Notes: a model not told the origin generated them from the sequence alone. 45,066 nt of DNA from Candidatus Methylomirabilota bacterium (GCA_046726415.1 JBKPAK010000269.1:1-45066); one strand, 5' to 3'; positions 33,286-44,420 are shown, counted from the stretch's first letter. Numbers and translations are program-made.

Positions 33286-34773
33286 ATGCCGTGCCTCCTC
33301 GCCCTCGACCAGGGAACCACCAGCTCGCGGGCCATCGTCTTCACCGACACCGGCGCCATCGCCGGCATGGCGCAGCAGGAGGTCACGCAGAGCTTCCCCA
33401 GACCCGGCTTCGTGGAGCATGATCCCGAGGAGATCTGGACCACGCAGCTGGCCACGGCGCGACGGGCCCTGTCAGAAGCGCACACCGGTCCGGAGGACAT
33501 CGCGGCCATCGGGATCGCCAATCAACGCGAGACGGTCGTGCTGTGGGAGCGTGCAACTGGGCGCCCGCTTCACCCCGCCATCGTGTGGCAGGATCGGCGC
33601 ACCGCCGACTTCCTGGCCGAACTAGGCCGCGCCGGTCACGAGGGGGAGATCCGGCAACGGACGGGGCTGCTCCTCGACCCCTACTTCTCGGCGAGCAAGA
33701 TCACCTGGCTGCTCGATCGGGTTCCCGGGGCGCGCGCCCGCGCCCGGGCGGGCGAACTGGCCATCGGGACGATCGACGCCTGGCTGGTGAACCGCCTCAC
33801 GCGGGGCGCTGTTCACGTGACCGACGTCAGCAACGCCTCGCGCACGCTTCTCTTCGACATCCGCCGCGGCGAGTGGGATGCGATGCTCCTCGACCTCTTC
33901 CGGGTGCCCAGCGAGCTTCTCCCCGAGGTGCGCTCGAGCTGCGGCGTGGCGGCCGAGTCGGACCGCGCGCTCTTCGGTCGGCCGCTCCCCATCGCTGGGA
34001 TCGCCGGCGACCAGCAGGCGGCGCTTTTCGGTCAGCTCTGTACGCGCCCCGGCATGGTGAAGAACACCTACGGCACGGGGTGCTTCATGCTGATGCCGAC
34101 GGGCCCTCAGGCGATCGTCAGCCGGAACAACCTCCTGACCACGGTGGCCTGGAAGCTCGGGGCCCAGCCCACGGAGTACGCGCTGGAGGGCAGTGTCTTC
34201 GTGGCCGGTGCGGCCATCCAGTGGCTTCGCGACGGGCTCGGGATCATCAGGGATGCCTCCGACGTCAATGCCTTGGCCGCGTCCGTGCCCGATTCAGGCG
34301 GGGTCTTCGTGGTGCCGGCCTTCGCGGGACTCGGCGCGCCTCACTGGGATCCACGCGCCCGGGGAATCATCGTGGGCCTCACCCGCGGAACCACCGCTGC
34401 CCACGTGGCCCGCGCCACGCTGGAGAGCATCGCCTACCAGGTGGCCGACGTGCTCCGGGCGATTGTGGCCGACGCAGGAACGCCGGTGTCCGAGCTACGC
34501 GTCGATGGGGGGGCGGTCGTCAGCAACCTCCTGATGCAGTTCCAGGCCGACGTGCTCGGCGTCAGCGTGGAGCGGCCGAGAATCACAGAGACGACGGCGC
34601 TGGGCGCAGCCTACCTGGCGGGACTCGGAGTCGGGCTCTGGCGCAGCCCTGCCGATCTCGCCGCCCATCGCCTCGTGGAGCGCACGTTCGTACCGACCAT
34701 GGGCGCGGCCGATCGCGAAGCTCGGCTGGCGCAGTGGCGCCGGGCCGTCGAGCGGGCCAAGGAGTGGATCTAG
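33286..34773 (+). CDS. glpK: Glycerol kinase
   Basis: [64 protein letters not shown]. Confidence 0.96.
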   Translation: MPCLLALDQGTTSSRAIVFTDTGAIAGMAQQEVTQSFPRPGFVEHDPEEIWTTQLATARRALSEAHTGPEDIAAIGIANQRETVVLWERATGRPLHPAIVWQDRRTADFLAELGRAGHEGEIRQRTGLLLDPYFSASKITWLLDRVPGARARARAGELAIGTIDAWLVNRLTRGAVHVTDVSNASRTLLFDIRRGEWDAMLLDLFRVPSELLPEVRSSCGVAAESDRALFGRPLPIAGIAGDQQAALFGQLCTRPGMVKNTYGTGCFMLMPTGPQAIVSRNNLLTTVAWKLGAQPTEYALEGSVFVAGAAIQWLRDGLGIIRDASDVNALAASVPDSGGVFVVPAFAGLGAPHWDPRARGIIVGLTRGTTAAHVARATLESIAYQVADVLRAIVADAGTPVSELRVDGGAVVSNLLMQFQADVLGVSVERPRITETTALGAAYLAGLGVGLWRSPADLAAHRLVERTFVPTMGAADREARLAQWRRAVERAKEWI

Positions 34774-35861
34774 TCCCTTCGTTCAACCAGGGCGACCGTG
34801 TCGCTGCTCAGCTCAATGCGGACACGCTCGCCGAGCCGGAAGATCCGGACGTCCATGGTTGCCGGCACTTCGACTCGCACGGGCGCGCGCACGCCGATGT
34901 CGACCTCGTAGACGTAGCGGGCGCCCTCGAACACGCGGAGGGCAATGCGTCCGGGAATCCCCGGTCCGCGCGCCATCGAAGCCTCTGTCAACGATACCGT
35001 GTCCGGGCGAAGCACGAGGAGCCCATGACTCCCCTCGCGCAAGGCGCCGATGCCCGCCACGGGAACCCGGTCGCCGTGCTCGGTTTCCACGACCACTCCA
35101 CGCTCGCGGACCTCAACGACGCGCACCGGTAGGAAATTGGCCGGACCCAGCGCCTCCGCGGCCGGCTGGCTCACGGGATGGCGATACACCTCTTCGGGTT
35201 CACCCACCTGCAGGAGTCGGCCTTCGTGCATGACCGCGAGGCGGTTCGAAAGCGCGAGGGCATCCGCGGCGTCGCGGGTCGCGCACAGCGTCGTCACGGC
35301 CAGATCGCCGTGCAGCTTGGCCAGTTCGAGCCTCAGCGCCTTGCGGGCGATGGGGTCGAGGTGCGCGAGCGGTTCGTCCAGGAGGAGGATGCGGGGCTCG
35401 GCGGCAACGGCTCGCGCCAGGGCGAGCCGGCGCCGCTGGTCCGTGGAGAGACGCGGAGGATATTCGTGGGCGACATCGCCGATCCGCAGACGGCCGAGCA
35501 CGATCTCGATTCGCGGTGCGATCTCCGGCACGGGCGACTCCTGGTGCTCGAGGGCGAAGGCGAGGTGTTCGCGCGCGGTGAGGTGAGGCCACAGCGCGCC
35601 CTCGTGATAGACGAATCCGATCCTCCGCTGGCCGGGTGGCACGCCACTGACGTCTCGACCATCGACGAGCACCCTCCCCGCGGCCAGGGGTTGAAAGCCC
35701 GCCACCGCTCGGAGCAGCGCGGTCTTGCCAGAATGCGGCGGTCCCAGGATGGTGAAGAACTCACCGTAGCGCACATGAAGGGACACGTCGTGCAGATACG
35801 GTCGTGGTCCCGTTCGCGTCTGGAGCCCTTCCAGCTTCAGGTCGGCGAGAGGACGGCTCAT
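34770..35861 (-). CDS. ABC transporter ATP-binding protein (PotA/FbpC-like, TOBE) with degenerate catalytic motifs
   Basis: GPPHSGKT and LLLDEP present, but signature reads LSTDQ, Q-loop VYHE and H-switch ATRD. Confidence 0.8.
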   Translation of the reverse strand: MSRPLADLKLEGLQTRTGPRPYLHDVSLHVRYGEFFTILGPPHSGKTALLRAVAGFQPLAAGRVLVDGRDVSGVPPGQRRIGFVYHEGALWPHLTAREHLAFALEHQESPVPEIAPRIEIVLGRLRIGDVAHEYPPRLSTDQRRRLALARAVAAEPRILLLDEPLAHLDPIARKALRLELAKLHGDLAVTTLCATRDAADALALSNRLAVMHEGRLLQVGEPEEVYRHPVSQPAAEALGPANFLPVRVVEVRERGVVVETEHGDRVPVAGIGALREGSHGLLVLRPDTVSLTEASMARGPGIPGRIALRVFEGARYVYEVDIGVRAPVRVEVPATMDVRIFRLGERVRIELSSDTVALVERRD

Positions 35862-35947
35862 CCGCCCGGAGCGGACCTGGTCGACTACCCAGCCGCCACG
35901 CGGCGGCGCACGACCTCCGGACTGTCCTGGTACCAGGCCATGGTGAA

Positions 35948-36007
35948 GGCGAAGGTGAATGACGCGCCCATCACGGTGAGGCGAAGGTGAATGATGCGCC
36001 CATCACG
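35948..36007. repeat. Direct repeat, 28 bp x2 (32-bp period)
   Basis: GGCGAAGGTGAATGA(C/T)GCGCCCATCACG at 35948 and 35980. Confidence 0.85.
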
Positions 36008-36095
36008 CCAAGCCCGGCGCGCGACGGCGCTGTAGCCCTGCCTCAGCGAAACGCAGAGGATCTTAGCATGCGAGCGGCGCAGTCGGGCATCGAGG

Positions 36096-36219
36096 GCAGT
36101 CATGCCGGCCCTCCCATGTGCGGCGAGCGGTCATGCCGGCCGTCCCATGTGCGGCGAGCGGTCGTGCCGGCCCTCCCATGTGCGGCGGGCGGTCGTGCCG
36201 GCCCTTCCATGTACGGCGG
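36096..36219. repeat. 31-bp tandem repeat x4 (no spacers)
   Basis: Consensus GCGGTC(A/G)TGCCGGCCCTCCCATGTGCGGCG(A/G) at 36096, 36127, 36158 and 36189. Confidence 0.92.
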
Positions 36220-36266
36220 GAAGGGCCGGCGTGGGCGACGTCCTCAAGGCGCCCCGTCTCGCTGGC

Positions 36267-36701
36267 CTACTCCTTGGGTCGGCTCACCACGAACGAGTAC
36301 GGCCCTGCTGCGCTGGCCCCCGATCCCGTCAGCACCTGAACGACTTGGCTGGGCTCTCTCCGCTCGGAGAGGACCGCCGTTGCTGTCGGGGCCGCTGATT
36401 GCGCACCCGTCGTGCTCCGCGCGACGAGCAGGAGCTTGCCGTCCCTGACCTCCGCGTTGCCTTGGCTGGTGTAGACCCCTCCGGTCATCGTGAACGTCCC
36501 GTCCGCGCCGAGTCTCATGGTGACGGGCTGACTCAACCCCTGAGAGCCGCTCGCGGTCCCCTGCCACGTCCCGGCAAGACTCGCGAGATCGGTTGGCCCG
36601 ACCGATCGCGCGGATTCGCTGGTCGAAGCACACCCCAGGGCGGATACGACAAATGCGCCGACCCATAACAGACCCCACACCCGGTGACTCGTCGTCGTCA
36701 T
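36267..36701 (-). CDS. Hypothetical lipoprotein
   Basis: GGAGGGAGG RBS; signal peptide with lipobox ALG-C; beta-rich LAGTWQG mature region. Confidence 0.75.
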   Translation of the reverse strand: MTTTSHRVWGLLWVGAFVVSALGCASTSESARSVGPTDLASLAGTWQGTASGSQGLSQPVTMRLGADGTFTMTGGVYTSQGNAEVRDGKLLLVARSTTGAQSAAPTATAVLSERREPSQVVQVLTGSGASAAGPYSFVVSRPKE

Positions 36702-37064
36702 CACGTCCGTCCTCCCTCCGTTTGGCCAGAACCGAATGGCTCGAGTGTTCCTCGTGAGCAGCGCCCCACCAAACATATTGTCATGTTCCGATGTCCTGGG
36801 GCGCTCGCTTGCTCCCGCACCGTCCAGCGGACCGCGGCCACCAGCTCCGTCACGCCGATCGGCTTCCGCAGGGCGACCGAGGCGCCCAGAGGACGGCCCG
36901 CCTGCAGAACGCGCCCACTGCTTGGAGTCGACGATCAAGACCTTTGCCACGCAGACTCCTACCTCGCGGCCCAGCCTGGTGCAGGACAAATGCCATTGAG
37001 CCGCGCAGGGTGCGCCCGTGGTTACCATGATGCCATCCGCGCGGCCTGCTCGTCACCGAGCCGC

Positions 37065-38810
37065 TCACGGGGCGTAGGCGACGTCCACGACGTCCAACCA
37101 GACCAGATCCCCGTCGTTCCAGGCGTTGTCCGCGAGCGCGCCTTGCCGGACGAGCGCCGCGAAGGCCCGGTATGTTCCGGCCGGAAGGCCGCAGCCGGAA
37201 ACGCGAACTGGAGAACGACCGTGTTGACCGTGACACCGGCCCCCAACGCCATCATCGGTCTGACCCCAGCGGGGCTGCTGAGCTGTCCGGCTCCGCCGAA
37301 CAGGTTGGGCGCAGTCAAAAACGCGATGCTGTTGCCGTCAGGGAACAGAGCGCCAACGTAGAGATCGAAGGTCGGGTTCCCCGGCGGATTCTCCGCGGTG
37401 AGGTTCAGGGTGAGCGCCTGGCCAGCCCTGAAGGCGGGGCCGTTGGCCTCGATTGCCGCGAATGGGGTGAACGCGCTGAGCGCCGCGTCGACGTGGACGC
37501 GCGACTTCACAATGCCCGTCACATCCGCAATGGGGCGTCCGGTCAGTTGGAGCGCCTGAAGCAGGTGACCGACGGTCGCGCCGGGAATTGCCTGCTTGAG
37601 AATCGCAAAGGTGCCGGCCACGTGCGGGGCCGCCATCGACGTCCCGACGAAGGAGGCAAAGCCGCCGCCGGGCACGGATGAGGCGATGGAGGTCCCGGGG
37701 GCGAAGAGCGAGAGGAATGACGCGACATTCGATGTCTCCCCCACGGTGTCGGATTTCGTCGTGTTTCCCACGCTGACCGCCGTCGAGATGCAGGCGGGCG
37801 CGCTGAGGGCGTTGGTGAATCCGCCGTTTCCCGACGAGATCACCGTCGCGATATCCGCCGCGCGCAGATTGTCGATGATGAACTTCCGAGGGTCATCGTC
37901 GCAGGGCGCGGTAAAGCCGCCCCCCCCCAATGCTGATGTTCACGGCGCCAAAGTTGTGGACGGCCCGCAAGCGGTGAACTCGTTCCAGGGCGGCGATCAT
38001 GTCCGATGTCCAAATCCTCGCGCATGGTGGCGGGCCGCCGCAGTCGGCGGATGTGGTGAATCGCGAGTTGACCTGGATCGCCATGATTCTGGCGCCTCGA
38101 GCGATGCCGGAGAAGCTCGATCCCGCCCCGGCCGCGATACCGGCCACGTGAGTTCCATGATCACAGGCCGGGATCGAACACGGACCCCCAGCCCCGGTGC
38201 CCAATTGCGTTTCCTGTCCGTTGGGACACACCGTCACGCTGCGGCCGGGCTCATTGCTGGAGAAGCAGGCCTCCTCGATGACCTTGCCGGCGAGGAACGG
38301 ATGGTTTCCGTCGACGCCGCTATCGACGACCGCGATCACGGTGCCGGACCCATCCCGGCCAACATCCCAGGCGCCCGGCGCCCCCACCAGGGGGCCGCTT
38401 TGGGCCAGGGCCGGTGCTTCGATCGCATCCTTGTAGACGCGCAGCACCACGCCGCGCATCGACTCCAACACCCGGAGCGCGTCGGGCGATGCCTCGATCG
38501 CCACCAGGGGAACGGTCTCGAACCGTCGCACCAGACGATGGCGGAGGCCACGGAGAGCCTGGCCGACGATATCCTGGACCGCGGCGATGCTCTGACGCTG
38601 CGCCCTGACCCAAACCTCGTCGCGGAGAGAGCCCTCGGGGACGACGTTCAGTCCGCCGAGCTCTATGATGGCTCGTACTGTTCCCTCTGCCCGGGCTCGC
38701 GGCATGAGGGCTGGATCGAGAAGCGGTGCCTGGGCGGAGGCTGCGCCGGGCCACCACGACACGACGAGAAACAGGACCAACGCGCGACCGGCGGCGCGCC
38801 GACGGCTCAT
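37065..38810 (-). pseudogene. Secreted S8 subtilisin-like serine protease interrupted by two apparent frameshifts
   Basis: Signal peptide, VVDSGVD and HGTHVAG in one frame; SSGN and GTSMAAPHVAG in the next frame after a G9 run (37920-37928); a third frame after ~37189 gives LPAGTYRAFAALV...YAP* ending at 37065. The shifts could be sequencing error. Confidence 0.8.
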
Positions 38811-39249
38811 GAGGGGGGAATATACGCGAAGGGCCAGTCCAGCAAAACATCGCCATGTCTCCCGGCCCGAATTACCACGCTGGCTCGAAACGCCCGGTGC
38901 GTCCTTCCGGCCGGGGCGACCGCGTGGGACGCTCGGGCGATGCTGGGTGCCGAGGGCTCGGAAGCGCCGCGCTACGGCAAGCGGCAGAACCCCTGGGCTT
39001 CCACCCCGAGCGCGACGTTGAACTTGCTGCGGTTGTCGGAGACGTGAAGAAGGTCGCAATGATGCGGTTGGCCAGTTGCAGAGGGTGGCAGGAAGTAGCA
39101 TGACCTGCCACCTATCTGCCACTAACCCATGGCTCCATCGGCCAACAGTGCCCGTTGGCGGGATCCGCGTGCAGTCCTTGGCCGCGGCCGCCCGCCCCAT
39201 GAAGCGACCGCGGCAGAGAGGCGTCGTGGCGGGGTCGTCAGCGGCGAAA

Positions 39250-39606
39250 TCATGATCGGCGCCGGCCGGGCGAGGCCTTCGGCGCACCGAGGAGACCCTG
39301 CTTGAGGAGCTTCTTCGCTAGCGCGTAGACATCGTTCTTGTCGCCGTCCTTGCGGAGGCCGACGGCCACGACGGCGACTACGACCTCATCGGCCTGGATC
39401 TGGTACACGATGCGGTAGCGCTGGCCGACAGTTCGCACACTGCGGAAGCCAGCCAGCTCGCCGAGCAGGGGCTTGCCCTGTTGCTCGGGATCGTGATCGA
39501 GCTGGCCGGTGCGAGTGTATACGGTGCGCTGAATGCGGCGGTCGGGGATGCGTTCGAGGAGTTCGACAGCGGTTTCGGTCCAGCGGACCCGGTAGGTCAC
39601 CGGCAC
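39250..39606 (-). CDS. RelE/ParE-family toxin
   Basis: YRVRWTETA, GKPLLGELAGFRSVR, RYRIVY, VAVGLRK..DVY. Confidence 0.88.
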   Translation of the reverse strand: MPVTYRVRWTETAVELLERIPDRRIQRTVYTRTGQLDHDPEQQGKPLLGELAGFRSVRTVGQRYRIVYQIQADEVVVAVVAVGLRKDGDKNDVYALAKKLLKQGLLGAPKASPGRRRS

Positions 39607-39612
39607 CGCCGC

Positions 39613-39888
39613 CTAGAGGCCGAGCCGGTGTCCTACCTCGTCGTGGTCGATGAGCCGACCCGCGCGGAGATCCTCGAGGCTGTCGCGCAGCGTGCTCGCC
39701 AGGTCGCGGTCGGCCAGGATGTCGAGCGTCTCGATGATACTCTCGTAGAGATCCCAGGGCATTACGGCCAGGACCGGCTCGCCGCGGCTCGTGACGCTGA
39801 TCGCGCGCTCCGGGGTCCTGGCCAGGCGCTCGGGCAGCCTGAGAAACTCGCGCCTGGCGTCAGTCATCGAAAGCTGCTTCAGCGCCAT
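39613..39888 (-). CDS. Phd/YefM-family antitoxin
   Basis: [36 protein letters not shown]; directly upstream of the toxin; exact start uncertain. Confidence 0.88.
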   Translation of the reverse strand: MALKQLSMTDARREFLRLPERLARTPERAISVTSRGEPVLAVMPWDLYESIIETLDILADRDLASTLRDSLEDLRAGRLIDHDEVGHRLGL

Positions 39889-39905
39889 CCTCCTGCACAC
39901 TGTGC

Positions 39906-39924
39906 CGTACACCTAACTGTACAC
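39906..39924. promoter_or_regulatory. Putative antitoxin operator: two (C/T)GTACA cores 12 bp apart
   Basis: CGTACAC at 39906 and TGTACAC at 39918, overlapping a minus-strand TACAGT -10-like hexamer. Confidence 0.55.
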
Positions 39925-40193
39925 CATCGGCGGTCCCCAGGCCAAGCCCCCACGGGATCCGGCGGCTGGAACCGGCCGTGTTGACCCGAGGCGGGGCGCT
40001 CGACGATGGTGAGGGATTCAATGACCCCCACCCTCGATTTCTTGAGAATTTGCGCGACGCGATCGTGCGGAATGCGGCAAAACGGGGCAGGTCGCGTCCC
40101 ACTGCGTCCCACCCCGACGACAACCCACCTGGCGCACCGCACACATGATCGACTGACGCACCCATTCTCGATCACTCCTCGAACAGCGCCGGG

Positions 40194-40318
40194 GGACAGC
40201 TCGCGGTAGGCCCGGGCGTGCCGGGTGAGGTCGTCGTAGACGACGAGCGTGTCCTGTTCCTGCTCCATCAAGTACTCGGCCATCGTCGTAGCCGTGACGT
40301 GTACGGCGCCACGAACTG
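40194..40318 (-). pseudogene. atpA: Internal fragment of F1 ATP synthase alpha subunit (N-ATPase/alternate type-like)
   Basis: QFVAPYT / frameshift / [33 protein letters not shown] matches the AtpA Walker-B region; no flanking atp sequence. Confidence 0.75.
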
Positions 40319-40357
40319 TCGATCTCCTTTCCCACGACAATGACGCGCCGACTTCCG

Positions 40358-40750
40358 CTAGCCACTTCGAAGCCCTGAGTCCCCCTCGAGCGCTCGACAC
40401 GGGGCCAGGATCGTCATCACGACGATCGCGTGGCGGAGGTCGGCGTGGCGGCCGAGCCGCCGGTGCACAGGCCGACGACGGCGCGCGAGCGTCGCCGGGG
40501 GCGGCAGCGGCGATCTCCGCGGGACGAGGACTGGGAGCTCAGGGCGAGGCGCAGGGGCTCGGACGGGCGCGGTCCCGGCACGTTCGCGCCTCTCGGTCGG
40601 GCGCCGGCGCGCCGGCCCGGAGTCGCGCGGTCCCGGGCGCTCCGGCCTGGAGTCGCGCGGCGGCGCCTCGGCGCGCTGACGCGCCCAGCGCACTAGGATG
40701 TTGACGAGCGCCGCCGCGACGAGGACGACGAGGAAAAGTAGCTGTTCCAT
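40358..40750 (-). CDS. YqfB-like membrane-anchored protein, third gene of the nfeD-floA operon
   Basis: N-terminal TM helix, low-complexity linker, C-terminal [19 protein letters not shown] motif; synteny with floA. Confidence 0.6.
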   Translation of the reverse strand: MEQLLFLVVLVAAALVNILVRWARQRAEAPPRDSRPERPGPRDSGPARRRPTERRERAGTAPVRAPAPRPELPVLVPRRSPLPPPATLARRRRPVHRRLGRHADLRHAIVVMTILAPCRALEGDSGLRSG

Positions 40751-40756
40751 GCGCGA

Positions 40757-41734
40757 CTACGGCCTCGTGGTCGGTGGCGGCGTCCGCTCGTCGCCGGGCT
40801 CGGCGATCGACTCGCGCATCGCCGTGTCGGCCTGCACGTTCTTCATGCGGTAGTAGTCCATGATGCCGAGGTTGCCACCGCGGAATGCCTCGGCCATGGC
40901 GCGCGGCACCTCGGCCTCCGCCTCGACGACCCGCGCCCGCATCTCCTGCTCGGCAGCCACCGCCATGGCACGCCGTTCCTCCGCCTTGGCCTGGGCGATC
41001 TGCTTGTCGGCGTTGGCCTGGTCGATCTGGAGCTTGGCGCCGATGTTCTCGCCGACATCCACGTCGGCGATGTCGATCGACAGGATCTCGAAGGCCGTGC
41101 CGGCGTCGAGACCCCGGCTCAGGATGTGCTTGGAGATGTGGTCCGGGTTCTCGAGTACTTCCTTGTGCGTGGTTGCCGAACCGATCGTGCTCACCATGCC
41201 TTCACCGACGCGGGCGATCACCGTCTCCTCGCCGGCCCCACCGACGAGCCGGTCGAGGTTCGTCCGCACGGTCACCCGGGACACGGCCATGAGCTGGATG
41301 CCGTCCTTCGCCACCGCGGCGATCCTGGGCGTCTCGATCACCTTGGGGATGACCGACATCTTGACGGCCTCGAGCACGTCGCGGCCGGCCAGGTCGATCG
41401 CCGCTGCCCGCTTGAACGGCATGAGGATATTGGCTTTGTCGGCCGAGATGAGCGCGTTGACGACACGGACCACGTTGCCCCCAGCCAGATAGTGGGCCTC
41501 AAGGTCGTTGATCGAGATGTCGAGCCCGGCCTTCACCGCGCTGATCCGGGCGTTCACGACCGTGCCGGGCGGCACCCGCCGCAGGCGCATGCCGATCAGC
41601 GTGAGCAGCCCGACGTACGCGCCCGCCGCCCACGCCGCGATCCAGAGCGGGATCGGGATGAGGTAGAGGACGATCACCACCGCGACGACGACGAGGACCA
41701 GGACACCGGCCAGGCCGACCTCGTATCCGAGCAT
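40757..41734 (-). CDS. floA: Flotillin-like protein FloA (YqfA)
   Basis: [79 protein letters not shown]. Confidence 0.95.
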   Translation of the reverse strand: MLGYEVGLAGVLVLVVVAVVIVLYLIPIPLWIAAWAAGAYVGLLTLIGMRLRRVPPGTVVNARISAVKAGLDISINDLEAHYLAGGNVVRVVNALISADKANILMPFKRAAAIDLAGRDVLEAVKMSVIPKVIETPRIAAVAKDGIQLMAVSRVTVRTNLDRLVGGAGEETVIARVGEGMVSTIGSATTHKEVLENPDHISKHILSRGLDAGTAFEILSIDIADVDVGENIGAKLQIDQANADKQIAQAKAEERRAMAVAAEQEMRARVVEAEAEVPRAMAEAFRGGNLGIMDYYRMKNVQADTAMRESIAEPGDERTPPPTTRP

Positions 41735-41739
41735 GGCTC

Positions 41740-43161
41740 CTACCCCTTGTCCCGCCCACCGAGCGCCCGGCGGACGACGATCCGGTTACCATCCACGCGC
41801 ACCACCTCGATCGGCGTGTCGGTCTCGATGTACTCGCCCTGGGAGACGACGTCTACGCGCTGGCCCTCGAGGTCGGCGATGCCCGCCGGTCGCAGCGGCG
41901 ATGCTGCTGTCCCGCGCTTGCCGACCCACTTCTGGTCGGTCTCGGGCGCCGACGCGTACCCTGCCCGCGCGGTCAGCCCGGTGTCGAGCACGAGCCGGCG
42001 CCCGTAGGGGAGGCGTGGCAGGAACCTGAGGAGTGCGAGCGACGCGACGATGGCGAGAAGGAGGGACAGTGACACCCGACCGATCGCATAAAGCACGCCC
42101 GTGCCCGTCGCCCCGGCTCCGATCAGACTCAGCGCCAGCCCGCCGAGGAGGGCCAGGATCCCCAGGATCCCGGTGAGCCCGAACCCCGGGATGACGAAGA
42201 TCTCGAGTGCCAGCAGGACGCCGCCGAGGGCGAGGAGCAGGATTTCCTCCCAGCCCACCAGGCGCACCAGCCAGTGGCCCCAGAAGAACAGGCCGAGACT
42301 GGCGATCCCGATCGCGCCGGGGACGCCGAAGCCCGGCGTCCGCAGCTCCACGATGATGCCCAGGATGCCGATGGTGATCAGCGCCGAGCTCAACACCGGA
42401 TGCGTGAAGAACCGCACGAGCTGCTCTGCCCAGTTCACCGACGGCCGGCGGACCTCCGCACCGGGAAGCCTCAGATGCTCGAGGACGGCCTCGAGACTAT
42501 CGGCGCGCACGTCGGCAACCCGCAGCTTCAGCGCTTCGGTCGTCGTCAGCGTCAGCAGCTTGCCCTTGTCGATCACGCCCGTGATCACGACATCGGGATC
42601 GACCATCGCTTCGGCCACGAGCGGCGGCCGCTTTCGCGCCTCGGCGGTCGCGCGGAACTCCTTGCGCATGTACGAGATGCTCTTCTCGTCCCCGGGCTTC
42701 CCTTCGTTGCCCCCGCCCCCCATCTGAACCGGGGTCGCGGCGCCGATGGTGCCGCCCTCGGCCATGACGATCTTCTCTGCGGCCAGGCCGATCAAGGCCC
42801 CTGCCGAGATCGCGCGCTTGTTGATGAAGGCGACGGTGGGAACCCGAGCCCGGAGCAACGCGTCACGAATGACAACGGCGGCGTCGACCCGTCCGCCGAA
42901 TGTGTTGATCTCCAGCACGACCGCCTCGGCCTTCGCCTCGGTGGCCTCGGCGAGCACGCGCTCAACGAAGGGGGCAAGTCCAAGGTCGATCATGCCCTCG
43001 ATGGGCGCCGCGTATACGACGGCTGGCGCCGCCCTGGCGGGCGCTACGCCTTCCCCGCCAATGAGGCAGACGGCCGCGAGAACCGCCGAGAGACGCCCGG
43101 CGAGGGCCGGTCGGCAGCGCAGCGCGTTGCCAGGTGAGGACACGTGACTCTGGGAGCTCAT
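41740..43161 (-). CDS. nfeD: NfeD (YqeZ-like) long form: ClpP-class protease domain, TM region, OB domain
   Basis: [48 protein letters not shown]. Confidence 0.9.
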   Translation of the reverse strand: MSSQSHVSSPGNALRCRPALAGRLSAVLAAVCLIGGEGVAPARAAPAVVYAAPIEGMIDLGLAPFVERVLAEATEAKAEAVVLEINTFGGRVDAAVVIRDALLRARVPTVAFINKRAISAGALIGLAAEKIVMAEGGTIGAATPVQMGGGGNEGKPGDEKSISYMRKEFRATAEARKRPPLVAEAMVDPDVVITGVIDKGKLLTLTTTEALKLRVADVRADSLEAVLEHLRLPGAEVRRPSVNWAEQLVRFFTHPVLSSALITIGILGIIVELRTPGFGVPGAIGIASLGLFFWGHWLVRLVGWEEILLLALGGVLLALEIFVIPGFGLTGILGILALLGGLALSLIGAGATGTGVLYAIGRVSLSLLLAIVASLALLRFLPRLPYGRRLVLDTGLTARAGYASAPETDQKWVGKRGTAASPLRPAGIADLEGQRVDVVSQGEYIETDTPIEVVRVDGNRIVVRRALGGRDKG

Positions 43162-43184
43162 CTCGGGAGTCAGGGCATTATGGC

Positions 43185-44420
43185 TCAGGTGTCCGCGTCG
43201 CCGCTGCGCCCGTCGTTCGGGCCTCGCTCGGACGGCGGAGCCGGTAGATTTTCAGGCGAGGAGCCTGGTCGTTCCTCTCCATACAGGGCCTTCAGCCAAG
43301 GCGGAGCCAGGAACGTAGTCAGCATGACCACGACCACCAGCGCGGAGTACAAATCCTCAGCGATCACCCCCGCGGAGAGGCCGACGCCGGCGAAAATGAG
43401 ACCGACCTCCCCGCGGGGCACCATGCCAACCCCGACCGGCCATCGCCGAACCCGTCGCTTGTACACCGCCAGCCCGGCAGCGAGCTTCGAACCGACGGCA
43501 ACGGCCGTCAGCACGATGGCGACGCCGAGCTGGGCGTTCTCGGCGAACGGATTCAGCGTCGACGGCTGGACCTTCATCCCGACCGTGACGAAGAACACCG
43601 GGACCAGAAGATCGGCGACCGGCTTGATCTGCTGCTCGATGTGTTCCCGGCGCTCGGTCGTCGCCAGCACCAGTCCGGCCGCGAACGCCCCGATGATCGT
43701 CGCCAGCCCGATCAGGTCGGCGGCGGCAGCAAGCGACACCGCAAAGACCACGGAGTAGACGATCAGTGTACCTCGGGCCCTCATGCTGGCGATCCAACCC
43801 ACGAGAACCGGAGCCAGCCGGATCCCTGCCAGAATCGCGACGACCAGGAACACCACCGCCTTCGTCGACAGCGACCCGATCGCCGCAAGAGAGACGTGTC
43901 CGGTCTGCGCGATGCCCGTCACGACCGCCAGGATGATGAGCCCGAGAATATCGTCCACGACCGCCGCCCCGAGCACCACCTTGGCGGCAGCATCCTGAAG
44001 ACGTCCCAGGTCAGCAATCACGCGGGCAGTGATGCCAACGCTGGTGGCGGTGAGGGTTGCCCCGACGAAGACGGCCACGAGCGGCTGATGGCCGAGCCAG
44101 TGCATGAGGCCGTAGCCGAGCGCGAACGGGACCGCCACACCGACCAGTGCGACGAGGGTCGCCTGGAGGCCCACGCGCAGCAAGTCGCCAAGGTCGGACT
44201 CCAGACCCACCTCGAACAGAAGAATCAGGACGCCGAGCTCGGCGAGCGCGTGAAGCACCTGCGACTCATGGACCAAGCCCAACACACCTGGGCCGATGAT
44301 CATGCCCGCCAGCAGCTCGCCGAGGACGGCGGTCTGGCCGATCCGCTCCATGCCCTCGCCCGCCAGCTTGGCGGCAAGCCAGACGAGGACGAGGCCGAGC
44401 AGCAGATCACGAAACTCCAA
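43185..44420 (-). CDS. Cation:proton antiporter (CPA2)
   Basis: VLGELLAG, LFEVGLESD, ATSVGITARV, AAVVDDILG, GMVPRGEVG; TTG start. Confidence 0.92.
   Translation of the reverse strand: MEFRDLLLGLVLVWLAAKLAGEGMERIGQTAVLGELLAGMIIGPGVLGLVHESQVLHALAELGVLILLFEVGLESDLGDLLRVGLQATLVALVGVAVPFALGYGLMHWLGHQPLVAVFVGATLTATSVGITARVIADLGRLQDAAAKVVLGAAVVDDILGLIILAVVTGIAQTGHVSLAAIGSLSTKAVVFLVVAILAGIRLAPVLVGWIASMRARGTLIVYSVVFAVSLAAAADLIGLATIIGAFAAGLVLATTERREHIEQQIKPVADLLVPVFFVTVGMKVQPSTLNPFAENAQLGVAIVLTAVAVGSKLAAGLAVYKRRVRRWPVGVGMVPRGEVGLIFAGVGLSAGVIAEDLYSALVVVVMLTTFLAPPWLKALYGEERPGSSPENLPAPPSERGPNDGRSGDADT

Noticed and set aside
36096-36219. Possible CRISPR array (31-bp repeats)
   Set aside because: Units are head-to-tail with no unique spacers, and there are no cas genes in the window
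38855-39103. 82-aa plus-strand ORF
   Set aside because: No RBS or recognisable motif; may contain a gene fragment but cannot be supported
39879-40400. 173-aa ORF as a real gene
   Set aside because: Only ~33 codons resemble AtpA and the rest looks non-coding; reported as a relic instead
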